Assembly: GCA_017881345.1 (NCBI GenBank) | Contig: JADGQZ010000190.1 | Coordinates: 1-43,856 of the forward strand | DNA length: 43,856 nucleotides | Direction: 5' to 3' | From: Myxococcaceae bacterium | Lineage (GTDB): Bacteria; Myxococcota; Myxococcia; Myxococcales; Myxococcaceae | In this document: positions 29,188 through 37,931 of the stretch, piece by piece | How positions within the stretch are numbered: the stretch's first letter is position 1 | Layout of the letters: each line of letters starts with the position of its first letter | Program-made: the position numbers and the translations under genes | The notes under the pieces: generated by a model | Told to the model about the DNA's origin: nothing | The model's database searches: none | Seen by the model: only the letters and a program-made list of their open reading frames with translations

Positions 29188-29930
29188 ATGCCGGCTCGAC
29201 GTGGGACTCATCTCGTGGCCGCAGCGGTGCTGCTCCTGCTGACCGGACTCGCCAGGGCGGCGGAGCCCGCGGGCCGGCTCATCGACGGGCCGGCGGGGAA
29301 GGCACGCCGCTCACCCTCGCGGATCAGCTGGCTGACCTCGAGGCGATCAGGAAGAACCTCGGCGCGCAGGAGGTCGACCTCCTCGGTCACTCGTACGGCG
29401 GCGCGCTGGTCATGGCCTACACCGCCCGATTCCCCGACCGGGTGAAGCGGCTGCTGATCGTCGATTCGGCCGCTCCGAAGTGGAGCGAGACGGTGTTCCT
29501 GTTCAGCCAGGTCTACCCCGACGTCTCCGAACACATGGACGGTTTCGAGCTCGGTGCGCAGTTCAACGACCCGGCGGCCATCGAGGCGCAGATCCGGGAT
29601 TACCTCTCGATGATCTTCTGGGACCCGGAGCATCGGGACGCCTTTCTCCGGCAGTACTCGCCCGGATCGTTCAGACGCCACGTGAATCAGGCCCTCGACG
29701 CCGACATGGGGAAGTACGACCTGAACCCCGCGATCAAGAAGTTCCGCTTGCCGGTCCTGGTCATCACCGGCCGCTACGACATGAACGTCGCGCCCGTCGT
29801 CGCCTGGAAGATCCACAAGGCCATCCCGGGCTCGCAGCTGGTGATCTTCGAGCGCAGCGGCCACCTGCCGTTCTACGAGGAGCCCGAGCGCTTCAAGAAG
29901 GTCCTGGAGGACTTTCTCGGCAAGCCCTGA
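29188..29930 (+). pseudogene. alpha/beta hydrolase (proline iminopeptidase-like), apparently frameshifted and missing its N-terminal strands
   Basis: GAAGGAG plus ATG 29188 plus a signal peptide (MPARRGTHLVAAAVLLLLTGLARA) lie in one frame, which stops at 29445. The hydrolase core (GHSYGG elbow, ITGRYD, SGH) lies in another frame, track ORF 29160..29930. The first 47 aa of that ORF are Arg/Gly-rich junk. No HG(G) oxyanion-hole segment is present in any frame. Confidence 0.5.
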
Positions 29931-29953
29931 GGAGCCGGGCGCCGCGGCCAGGC

Positions 29954-31624
29954 TCAGCCCCGCTCCGCGGCCTTCGACGGACCCTCGCTCCCGAGCGGGG
30001 AGAGTCGTCCCGTCGGCGCGCCCGCCCACTCGTGCGGCATCCGGTCCCGCTGCGCGCGGAGGTACTGCATCGGCGACAGGTAAAGGAAGTTGCTCACCCG
30101 CGACGTGTAGAGGCAGGCGTACTGCTCCACCTGCGAGCCGAAGCGGCTGTTCTCGTTCCCTTCCTTGAACATCAGGCCCCAGAACGGGTTGAAGCCCAGC
30201 TCCACGTCGCGCTCCAGCACGTCGGCGATGCCGGTGCTCGTCCGCAGCGCGCGCCGCAGGCGCTCCAGCTCCGACTTCGCCTTCCGCCGCTCCTCCTCCA
30301 GCGCCGCCCGCTCCCCGTCGCCCCCATCCCGGTCGAGCCGGCGGTCGAGCGCGTTGAGCATCCCCTTGCGGACGTTCAGCTCGTCGTCGAGCCGGGCGAT
30401 GAGCAGCTCCACCTCGCCGAGCCGGGCGATCTCCTCGGCGCGCCCCTCGGTGTAGCGGATCTCGTCCTCCAGCTCCTGCACCACCATGCACGTCCGCCAG
30501 AGCGACGCCTTCCGGCTACGGAGGATGTCGCCGTAGATGTGGTCGCCGACGTAGAGGACCTTCTCCCCGCCGATGCCGGTCATCCGCTCGAGCGCCGGGA
30601 GGTTCCCGCCCTGGTACACCTTCCACCGCTCGAGCGCCTTCGCCTCCCCGAGCACCGTGTTCTCCCGCGTGGTGGCGTCGATCTCCAGGAAGGGTCGCCC
30701 CTCGGTGAAGAAGGCCGGCTTGGCCGCGCCGGTGATGACCACATCGAAGTAGTTCCGCCAGGACGGGTACTCGGTCACCACCCCGTCGAGGAGGAACGAC
30801 ATCACCACGTCGGTGTAGTCCCAGAGCGAGTTGGTCAGGAGGAACAGCTTCTTGCCCCCGGAGCGCAGCTTGTGCAGCGCCGGCCCGAGCTCGGGGTCGC
30901 GGAAGATGTAGCGGCCGATGTCCTTGCGCACCTCGCGCTTGAGCGAGTCGTCGCGGTGCACGGCATCGATCGCCTCGCGCACGTCGTCGTAGAGCCGGGC
31001 GTACTCCACCGACTGGCCCTGCCGCTCCAGCAGGTCGATGATCGCCGCGAACAGCCAGGCCTCGGGGAGCGAGAAGAGCGTGTCGATCCAGGCGTAGCGC
31101 TCGCTGGTCAGCCGGATGCGCTCGTTCCGGTACAGCCGGTGGCACACCTCGGCCGGCAGCGGCGAGAGCCCGTGGTAGGCCCGCCCCACGCTCCCGAACC
31201 GATCCATCTTGATGAGGTTGCCCTGCGCCTTGTCGACCACCAGGCCGCGCATCACGAACCCGTGGTCGTACTGGAGCAGCCCCAGCTCGGGCGGGTAGCC
31301 GAACTCGGTCACCAGCCGCGACAGCGTCAGGTCGAACGAGAGCTGCTCGATCCGGCGCAGGTGGTAGATGGCCAGGGTGTAGTCCATGTCGAACCCCACC
31401 ATCTCCACGTTCGCCAGCCTGAGGTTGCGGTTGACGAACACCTGGCGGGACCGCTCCACCGGCATCCGGACCGCCCCGTCGAGCAGCCGGGCGAGCTCAC
31501 CGCTGGACAGGACCTTCAGGGCCTCCTCCTGGGCGCGGACGGCCTCGGGCTGGGAGGGGCGGGTGTGGAGACCGCCGTGTAGCGGTTCGGGGTCGATGGG
31601 GGCGGTGGCGTCAGGGCGGAGCAT
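29954..31624 (-). CDS. HAD-superfamily 5'-nucleotidase, cytosolic cN-II type
   Basis: The inner ATG gives MLRPDATAP, 556 aa. VGFDMDYTLAIY is the DxDxT HAD motif I in the same context as eukaryotic cN-II, and GDHIYGDI is motif IV-like. The upstream 500 aa of the track ORF are antisense shadow of the M16 gene. Confidence 0.88.
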   Translation of the reverse strand: MLRPDATAPIDPEPLHGGLHTRPSQPEAVRAQEEALKVLSSGELARLLDGAVRMPVERSRQVFVNRNLRLANVEMVGFDMDYTLAIYHLRRIEQLSFDLTLSRLVTEFGYPPELGLLQYDHGFVMRGLVVDKAQGNLIKMDRFGSVGRAYHGLSPLPAEVCHRLYRNERIRLTSERYAWIDTLFSLPEAWLFAAIIDLLERQGQSVEYARLYDDVREAIDAVHRDDSLKREVRKDIGRYIFRDPELGPALHKLRSGGKKLFLLTNSLWDYTDVVMSFLLDGVVTEYPSWRNYFDVVITGAAKPAFFTEGRPFLEIDATTRENTVLGEAKALERWKVYQGGNLPALERMTGIGGEKVLYVGDHIYGDILRSRKASLWRTCMVVQELEDEIRYTEGRAEEIARLGEVELLIARLDDELNVRKGMLNALDRRLDRDGGDGERAALEEERRKAKSELERLRRALRTSTGIADVLERDVELGFNPFWGLMFKEGNENSRFGSQVEQYACLYTSRVSNFLYLSPMQYLRAQRDRMPHEWAGAPTGRLSPLGSEGPSKAAERG

Positions 31625-31698
31625 CAGGGGTCCGAAGGTGGGTGCCCGGGAAGTCCGGTTTCTTGCGGGAGGGCGCCCCCGCTGGCAGCGTAGCGCGG

Positions 31699-32037
31699 GT
31701 GGTGAACGCGCGCGCCGGGGCCCGTCGAGTCGAGGACAGCGCGCTGCTGGACCGCATCGCCGAGCTCGAGGACCGGCTGCGCACGCTCGAACGGCAGCTG
31801 GCCCAGAGACCCACACGCCGCCGCGCCCCCCGGGGCGGCCAGGCAGCGAGCCAGGCCTCCACCGCGGACCGCTGCCCGGGCTGCCTCCTGGAGCTCCCCC
31901 CGGGGCCGCGGGGGGCGGAGTGCGTCTGGTGCGGCTTCGTCTTCGCCGCGGTGCGCTCCAGGGCTGCGAAGTCGGTGCGAAGGCGCCGGGGGGGCGGTAT
32001 GCAGGGCCCTCCCCGTGAGCTTCCGCCGAAAGACTGA
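31699..32037 (+). CDS. possible small coiled-coil / zinc-ribbon protein
   Basis: GC is high at third codon positions. A LLDRIAELEDRLRTLERQLAQ heptad segment and CPGC...CVWCG are present. The start is uncertain (GTG 31699 or 31702, GTG 31642, TTG 31663). The 3' end overlaps the M16 start by 23 nt. Confidence 0.4.
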   Translation: MVNARAGARRVEDSALLDRIAELEDRLRTLERQLAQRPTRRRAPRGGQAASQASTADRCPGCLLELPPGPRGAECVWCGFVFAAVRSRAAKSVRRRRGGGMQGPPRELPPKD

Positions 32038-33292
32038 CCTCTTCCCCGTCCACGAGGCCCGGCTGTCCAACGGACTGCGCGTCCGCATGGTGCCGGACCA
32101 CGACGCGCCCGTGGTGAGCCTCTACACCTTCTTCCAGGTGGGCTCGCGAAACGAGCGCCCCGGCATCACCGGCATCAGCCACCTCTTCGAGCACATGATG
32201 TTCAACGGGGCGGAGAAGTACGGCCCGAAGGAGTTCGACGAGGTCCTCGAGTCGAACGGCGGCCGGTCCAACGCCTACACCACCCACGACGTCACCGTGT
32301 ACTACGAGGACTTCGCGGCCGACGCGCTGGACACGGTGCTCGACCTCGAGTCGGACCGGATGCGCTCGCTCACCATCGACGACCGCTCGCTGCGGAGCGA
32401 GCGAGAGGTGGTGAAGGAGGAGCGGCGGCTCCGGGTGGACAACGAGCCAGCGGGCCTCATGGACGAGGCGCTGCACGCGCTCGTCTACCAGTCGCACCCC
32501 TACCGCTGGCCGGTCATCGGCTGGATGGGAGACATCGAGGCCATCCGGCGCGAGGACTGCGAGACCTTCTTCCAGACCTTCTACGCCCCGAACAACGCCA
32601 CGCTCTGGGTGTCGGGCGACTTCGAGACCGAGTCGCTGCTGAGGCGCATCCGGAAGGCCTACGGCGACATCCCCAAGGGTCCCCCGGTGCCGGGCATCGT
32701 CAACGCCGAGCCGGCCCAGCGGGGCGAGCGCCGCGCCGAGCTCCGCCATCCGTCGCGCGCGCCGTCGCTGCTCATCGCCTACCGCGGGCCGCCGGTCACC
32801 GATCCGGACGCGCTGGCCCTCGACGTACTGCAGTTCATCCTCGGTGTGGGCGAGGGAAGCCGGCTCCAGCGCGCACTGGTGTACGACAAGCGGCTGGCGG
32901 TGAACGTGGGCGTGGACTGGAGCTGGCGCAGGGATCCCGGGCTCTTCGCCTTCCACCTCGAGCTCCAGCCGGACGCGGACGTGCGCGCCGCCGAGGAGGC
33001 GCTCGAGATCGAGCTCCGCCGCGTCGCCGAGCAGGGAGTGGAGCCTCGCGAGGTGGAGAAGGCGCGAAACAACCTGCGCGCGCACCTGCTCCGCGAGCTC
33101 ACCTCGAACTCGGGCCGGGCCCACGCGCTCGGGACCTACGAGCTCTTCCTCGGGGGCTGGAAAGCCGGGCTCGGGCTGCCGGAGGCATACGGGCGCGTCG
33201 ACGCGGCGAAGGTCCAGGCCGCGGCCCGTCGCTGGCTCGCCCCGACGCAGCGCTCGGTGGTGACGCTGGTCCCGGAGGACGGACAGACGTGA
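32015..33292 (+). CDS. M16-family zinc peptidase (active subunit, HxxEH)
   Basis: The 425-aa track ORF has a GTG start and carries HLFEHMMFNG, the inverted zinc motif of pitrilysin-family peptidases. Confidence 0.88.
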   Translation: MSFRRKTDLFPVHEARLSNGLRVRMVPDHDAPVVSLYTFFQVGSRNERPGITGISHLFEHMMFNGAEKYGPKEFDEVLESNGGRSNAYTTHDVTVYYEDFAADALDTVLDLESDRMRSLTIDDRSLRSEREVVKEERRLRVDNEPAGLMDEALHALVYQSHPYRWPVIGWMGDIEAIRREDCETFFQTFYAPNNATLWVSGDFETESLLRRIRKAYGDIPKGPPVPGIVNAEPAQRGERRAELRHPSRAPSLLIAYRGPPVTDPDALALDVLQFILGVGEGSRLQRALVYDKRLAVNVGVDWSWRRDPGLFAFHLELQPDADVRAAEEALEIELRRVAEQGVEPREVEKARNNLRAHLLRELTSNSGRAHALGTYELFLGGWKAGLGLPEAYGRVDAAKVQAAARRWLAPTQRSVVTLVPEDGQT

Positions 33293-34644
33293 ACGCCGCC
33301 AAGCAGCGCACCGTCCGGGCGGCCGCGTTGGGTCGCGGGCTCCAGCTCCACCGCTTCGAGACGCGCGACGGGCTCTCGGTCACCATCGCTCCGCGGGGCC
33401 GCATCCCGCTGGTCGCGGTGCGCCTGGTCCTCTCGTCCGGGGCGGCCGCCGCTCCGCAGGGAAAGGAGGGGCTGGCCGACTTCACCATGCGGCTCCTCCG
33501 CCGGGGCACCACGCACCGTGACGCGCACGCGCTCGACGAGGCCATCGAGTTCGTGGGCGCCTCGCTCGGGCTCTTCGCTGGCGAGGACCAGGTCGCCGTC
33601 GCCCTCACCACGCCCGCCGAGCACCTCGCGGCGATGCTCGACGTCATGGCCGAGCTGGTGCGTGCGCCGAGCTTCCCGGAGGACGAGGTCCAGACCGAGC
33701 GGGAGCGGTGCCTCGGGCAGTTCGCCAACGACGTGGACGACCCGTCGCTCCTGGCCGATCGCGCGCTGCTCCGCGCAGCCTGGGGCGGTCATCCCTACGG
33801 CCACGACGTCTCGGGCACGCGAGCCTCGGTGAGCCGCTTCGCCCGGGAGGACACCAGCGGCTTCCACGCCGACCACTTCGGGCCTCGTCCGGCGCACCTC
33901 TTCGTGGTCGGCGCGGTGGATCCGGAGGCCGTCGGCTCGCAGATCCAGGCCGCGTTCGGCGCGTGGACCGGCGGGCCCGCGCATGGGGTCGACGTCCCGC
34001 CGCCGCCGGGCATCGGCCATGCCGGGCGGGTGGTGGTGGTGGACCGGCCCGAGCAGACGCAGAGCCAGGTGCGCATCGCCGGTCCCGCCTACCGCCGCGG
34101 CGCCCCGGAGCAGTTCGCCGCCCAGGTGGTGAACGTGACGCTCGGCGCCGGGTTCACCTCGCGGCTGGTGCGGGAGGTGCGCGTCAAGCGGGGGCTCTCC
34201 TACGGCGTGGGGTCGACCTTCGACACCCTCCGTGCCGGGGGGCTGTTCTCGGTCTCGAGCTTCACCAAGGTGGAGACGACCGGCCAGCTCCTCTCGGTGA
34301 TGCGGCAGGAGGTGGACCGGATGCGCGCCCGCGGGCCGACCCAGGCCGAGGTGGAGAAGGCGCAACGCTACCTGGCCGGGCTCTTTCCGCTGCGCACCGA
34401 GACCAACGAGTCGCTCGCCGCGGTGCTGGCGGACATGGCGCTCTACGGGCTCGGGGACGACTGGCTCGACCGCTACCGGGACCGGGTCCGGGCCGTCACC
34501 CGGACCGAGGCTCGCGACGCGGCCGCCCGCTACTGCTTCCCCGAGCCGCCGCTCACCGTGGTGGTGGGGCCGGCCGACCGGCTCCGGCCCCAGCTGGAGC
34601 GCTTCGGCCCGGTGGACGTCCTCTCGGCCGACGACGTGCTGTGA
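33289..34644 (+). CDS. M16-family peptidase homologue lacking HxxEH (probable non-catalytic partner)
   Basis: The 451-aa ORF has a GTG overlapping the upstream stop (GTGA at 33289-33292). It has an M16-like fold pattern, but ADFTMRLLRRGT occupies the zinc-motif position. Confidence 0.85.
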   Translation: MNAAKQRTVRAAALGRGLQLHRFETRDGLSVTIAPRGRIPLVAVRLVLSSGAAAAPQGKEGLADFTMRLLRRGTTHRDAHALDEAIEFVGASLGLFAGEDQVAVALTTPAEHLAAMLDVMAELVRAPSFPEDEVQTERERCLGQFANDVDDPSLLADRALLRAAWGGHPYGHDVSGTRASVSRFAREDTSGFHADHFGPRPAHLFVVGAVDPEAVGSQIQAAFGAWTGGPAHGVDVPPPPGIGHAGRVVVVDRPEQTQSQVRIAGPAYRRGAPEQFAAQVVNVTLGAGFTSRLVREVRVKRGLSYGVGSTFDTLRAGGLFSVSSFTKVETTGQLLSVMRQEVDRMRARGPTQAEVEKAQRYLAGLFPLRTETNESLAAVLADMALYGLGDDWLDRYRDRVRAVTRTEARDAAARYCFPEPPLTVVVGPADRLRPQLERFGPVDVLSADDVL

Positions 34645-35360
34645 TTCCCGTCCTCTGGTCTGCCGGCGGGCTGCTCGCCGTCGACAAGCCGGCGGGCGTG
34701 GCGGTCGTCCCGGGACGGAGCATGCGGGACGGGGCTCCCCTTCGCGTCCGGCTCGAGGCCCAGCTCGGGCGTCCGGTCTGGGTCGTCCACCGGCTGGACC
34801 GCGATACCTCCGGGGTCGTGCTCTTCGCCTTGGACACGGCCACGCACCGGGCAGCGAGCCTCGCATTCGAGCGAGGTCTGGCGGCGAAGCTGTACCTCGC
34901 GCTGGTCTCCCCGCCGCTGCCCGGTCCCGTCCGGGTGGACGCGCCGCTCGTCCCCGCCCGCCGCTCGCGGATGCGGATCGCCGGTCCAGGCGAGGAGGGG
35001 AAGCCGGCGGTGACCGAGCTCACGCCCCTGGAGACGTTCGGGGACGTCGCGCTGGTCGAGGCCCGGCCGCTCACCGGGCGCACCCATCAGATCCGCGTGC
35101 ACCTCCGGCATGCCGGTGCGCCGCTGCTGGTCGACCCGCAGTACGGCCGGCCCGACCCGGTGACCGAGCGCGCGCTCGGAGGGGCCAGCGACGCGGTGGT
35201 GCTCGACCGCACGCCGCTCCACGCCGCAGGGTTGATGCTGCCCGCCGCCGAGGGGCTCCCGGCCGTGGACGTCCAGGCGCCGCTCCCCGCCGACATGGCC
35301 CGCGCGTTGGCGCTGCTTCGTCAGCGAAGGTGGAACGGCAGCGACGTTCCGGGAGGGTGA
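34641..35360 (+). CDS. RluA-family pseudouridine synthase
   Basis: The GTG overlaps the upstream stop (GTGA at 34641-34644), giving 239 aa. HRLDRDTSG is the catalytic Asp motif and GRTHQIRVH is present. Confidence 0.88.
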   Translation: MIPVLWSAGGLLAVDKPAGVAVVPGRSMRDGAPLRVRLEAQLGRPVWVVHRLDRDTSGVVLFALDTATHRAASLAFERGLAAKLYLALVSPPLPGPVRVDAPLVPARRSRMRIAGPGEEGKPAVTELTPLETFGDVALVEARPLTGRTHQIRVHLRHAGAPLLVDPQYGRPDPVTERALGGASDAVVLDRTPLHAAGLMLPAAEGLPAVDVQAPLPADMARALALLRQRRWNGSDVPGG

Positions 35361-35983
35361 CCGCCCAGGTCGGAGACGACCAGCTGGAAGTTCCCGGGCT
35401 GATCGGCGGTGACGGTGATGACCTGCACCAGCACCCCGGCGACGAAGGGGCCTGACGTGAGCGGAGCGACCTTGGCGCCCGGCACCAGCAGGCTCACCGT
35501 CCCGCCGTAGCCACCGTCGGGTGCGCCCTGGGCCCGGATGGTCACCCCGAAGGGGACGCCCGACGACTGGCTGGGGATCGTGTCGATGGTGTAGCCCACG
35601 GGCCAGGCGCCGGCAGTGACCTGGAAGGCGCTGGCCGCCGTGGCGGACCGGCCGTCACCGAGCTGCACCGTGATGTCGTACCGCCCCTGGGGCAGGACCG
35701 AAGGAAGGAAGTCGGTCACCACGCCCGCGTCCGTCCAGACCGGGGGGCCGAACGTGCGTGGGCCGATCTTCAGCGTGAGCCGGTCATCCACCGTCGCCGA
35801 GCTCGCCCCGTAGTCCACCAGCGTGGGGAGCACGGCATCCAGGGTCACCGTCACCGGGCCGCTGCTCGACTCGGGGCGCCCGGCCGGGCTGACCGAGACG
35901 ACGGCGGGCGGCGGGAGCGTCCCTCCGCTGCACGCTGCCAGCATGCCGAGCGCCACCCAGGCGAGCCTGGCAAGGGGCCTCAC
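35321..35983 (-). CDS. hypothetical lipoprotein (beta-rich, Ig-like appearance)
   Basis: The GTG overlaps the upstream stop (GTGA at 35980-35983). VRPLARLAWVALGMLAACSGG is a lipobox signal, 220 aa. The 3' end overlaps the convergent rluA-like gene by 40 nt. Confidence 0.75.
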   Translation of the reverse strand: MRPLARLAWVALGMLAACSGGTLPPPAVVSVSPAGRPESSSGPVTVTLDAVLPTLVDYGASSATVDDRLTLKIGPRTFGPPVWTDAGVVTDFLPSVLPQGRYDITVQLGDGRSATAASAFQVTAGAWPVGYTIDTIPSQSSGVPFGVTIRAQGAPDGGYGGTVSLLVPGAKVAPLTSGPFVAGVLVQVITVTADQPGNFQLVVSDLGGHPPGTSLPFHLR

Positions 35984-37314
35984 CGGAGCTCCCCGCGCAC
36001 GCCGATGGAGAACATCGCGCCTCCAGGATGGGCATCGAGCTGCCCGGTGCTCACCTGCGAGACCGACCCGCGCACCTCGAGGTAAGGCTCGACTGGCCCG
36101 ACCCGCAGCCCGCCCTGCACCGCGGCGAAGAGCTCCCAGCCGAGCGCACCCTGGCTGAAGCCCGCGTCGAAGTTGCTGGAGAGCCGGTGGCTGGCCACGA
36201 GGAGTCCCCCGCCGCCGCGCACGCTCAGCCGGAAGTTCGCCACCGCGAGCGCCTCCCAGCGGACGGCCAGGTCGATCGGGAACACGAGCAGGGTGGAGCT
36301 CTGGACCCCGAGCGTACCCACCACCGTGCTCATCCACTGGGCGCGGAACCCGAGCTCGAGCTCCAGGACGACCGGAAGCCGGGGCAGCCCGTAGCCGACG
36401 GTGATGGAGCCCTCGGGCCCGGCGTTGGAGCCTCCGGCGACGTAGCCCCCGATGGCCCCGCCCAGCACCCAGCGCGCTGGCGGCGGCTCGGGAGGCAGGG
36501 CGGGCGAGGCAGGGGGGGCCACGGTCCGGACCACCTCGAGCGTGCGCTGGGCCCGGATCGAGCCATCCAGCGTCCGGGCCGCGAGCGCGACCGAGCTCCG
36601 CGAGGGCTCCGGGGTGATGCGCAGCAGCAGACGCCGGCCGGCTTCCTGCTCGCGCTCGACGCGTCCGCCGTCGGCCACGAGCTCGGTGCCGGCGGACTCC
36701 TCGATGTCCGGGACGACGAGGAGGGCGTGCACCGGGGCGCCGTCCACGCTGGTCTGCGGGCTCAGCGCGAGGAGCCACGGCGAGGGGGGGAGGGTGAGCG
36801 GCAGCACGCGGATCTTGCTCTGGTCCGCCAGCTCCGCGATGACCCGCGCCTCGTGCGCGCTCGGGCCCACCTCCACCGGCATCCGGAGATGGCCCTGGGC
36901 ATCGGCGCGGCGGGGGCCGAACCGTGACCCCGCCACCTCCACCGTGACCCGGGCACCGGGCTCGGTGTCGATCGCCAGCTCGGTCCGCCCGGCACAGGGC
37001 AGCGCGAGGACGGTGATGTCGGAGAGCGCCGGGGCGTCGCCGCTCCAGAAGGCGAAGAGGACGAGCGCGGGCGCCCGCGCGTCGGACGGCGGCGTCCAGA
37101 AGAAGCGGGTGAGGTCCTCGCCCGAGGTCCCCGGGGTGAGCGTGCCCATCGAGACCGCCGCCCGGAGCCCGGACCCGGCGTTGCGCACCGTGATCTCCGC
37201 GCGCGCACGCGGACCCAGCACCAGGCGGGAGGGCTCGGCCTCCACCACCGGCGCAGCCCGCGACGGCACGGCGACGGCGAGACTCAGGAGCGCGGAAAGG
37301 AGAGCGGGGCGCAC
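35980..37314 (-). CDS. secreted protein with putative C-terminal outer-membrane beta-barrel domain
   Basis: I placed the start at GTG 37314, giving the signal peptide VRPALLSALLSLAVAVPSRA, 444 aa. The last 165 aa or so show an alternating hydrophobic/Gly-rich strand pattern. The upstream 261 aa of the track ORF are not protein-like. Confidence 0.7.
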   Translation of the reverse strand: MRPALLSALLSLAVAVPSRAAPVVEAEPSRLVLGPRARAEITVRNAGSGLRAAVSMGTLTPGTSGEDLTRFFWTPPSDARAPALVLFAFWSGDAPALSDITVLALPCAGRTELAIDTEPGARVTVEVAGSRFGPRRADAQGHLRMPVEVGPSAHEARVIAELADQSKIRVLPLTLPPSPWLLALSPQTSVDGAPVHALLVVPDIEESAGTELVADGGRVEREQEAGRRLLLRITPEPSRSSVALAARTLDGSIRAQRTLEVVRTVAPPASPALPPEPPPARWVLGGAIGGYVAGGSNAGPEGSITVGYGLPRLPVVLELELGFRAQWMSTVVGTLGVQSSTLLVFPIDLAVRWEALAVANFRLSVRGGGGLLVASHRLSSNFDAGFSQGALGWELFAAVQGGLRVGPVEPYLEVRGSVSQVSTGQLDAHPGGAMFSIGVRGELR

Positions 37315-37354
37315 GTGGCGGCGGCGCCCGAGGCTAGCAGCCTTTGTGCTCCGG

Positions 37355-37831
37355 TCAGCCTTCCTCGCCCGCGTCTGGCGCCTCGACGGGCCGGAGGGGT
37401 GGGGCGAAGGAGGGGCGGGCGGTGCCGGGGCCGCGGCCCTGCACCAGTGTGCGCTCGGCGGTCTTGAAGGCCACGTCCATCTTGTCCTGCCGGACGGCGC
37501 GAACGATGCCGAGCCCGAAGGTGGGGTGACGGACCACCTGGTCCACTGCGTAGTGCTCCTCGGGTCGGTAGTCCTGGGCGCTCGAGACGTCCCGGGCGGC
37601 GAGCTGGGCATCCCAGCCGACGACCGTCCGCTCCGCCGGAGCCGTCCGTGGCCTCGCGGCCGCGGTCCGGGATCGGCTCTGCGTGCCGCGGTACACGTGG
37701 TCGCTCCCGCAGGTGTTGCAGCGCACGCGGACGATCTTCGGGCCCACCATTGCCAGGATCGTGTGTGCCAGCTCCATCTTGCAGCGCGTGCACGCGGCAT
37801 CCACCTCGCCGCCCACCCGATGCGTCGCCAT
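37355..37831 (-). CDS. zinc-ribbon protein of unknown function
   Basis: ATG 37831 gives MATHRVGGEVDAACTRCK...RCNTCG with two CxxC pairs, 158 aa. The C-terminal VVRHPTFGLGIV block resembles small beta-domains of the DUF3553 type, which is an inference. Confidence 0.75.
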   Translation of the reverse strand: MATHRVGGEVDAACTRCKMELAHTILAMVGPKIVRVRCNTCGSDHVYRGTQSRSRTAAARPRTAPAERTVVGWDAQLAARDVSSAQDYRPEEHYAVDQVVRHPTFGLGIVRAVRQDKMDVAFKTAERTLVQGRGPGTARPSFAPPLRPVEAPDAGEEG

Positions 37832-37931
37832 TGTCGTTTCCCCGGTCCCAGGGGCACGGCCTCGCTGATGCAGGGTGCCCCCCTGGTCTCCGGGGCAGAG
37901 TAGCCTCGGGGTCGACCGGCAGCCATCTTCC

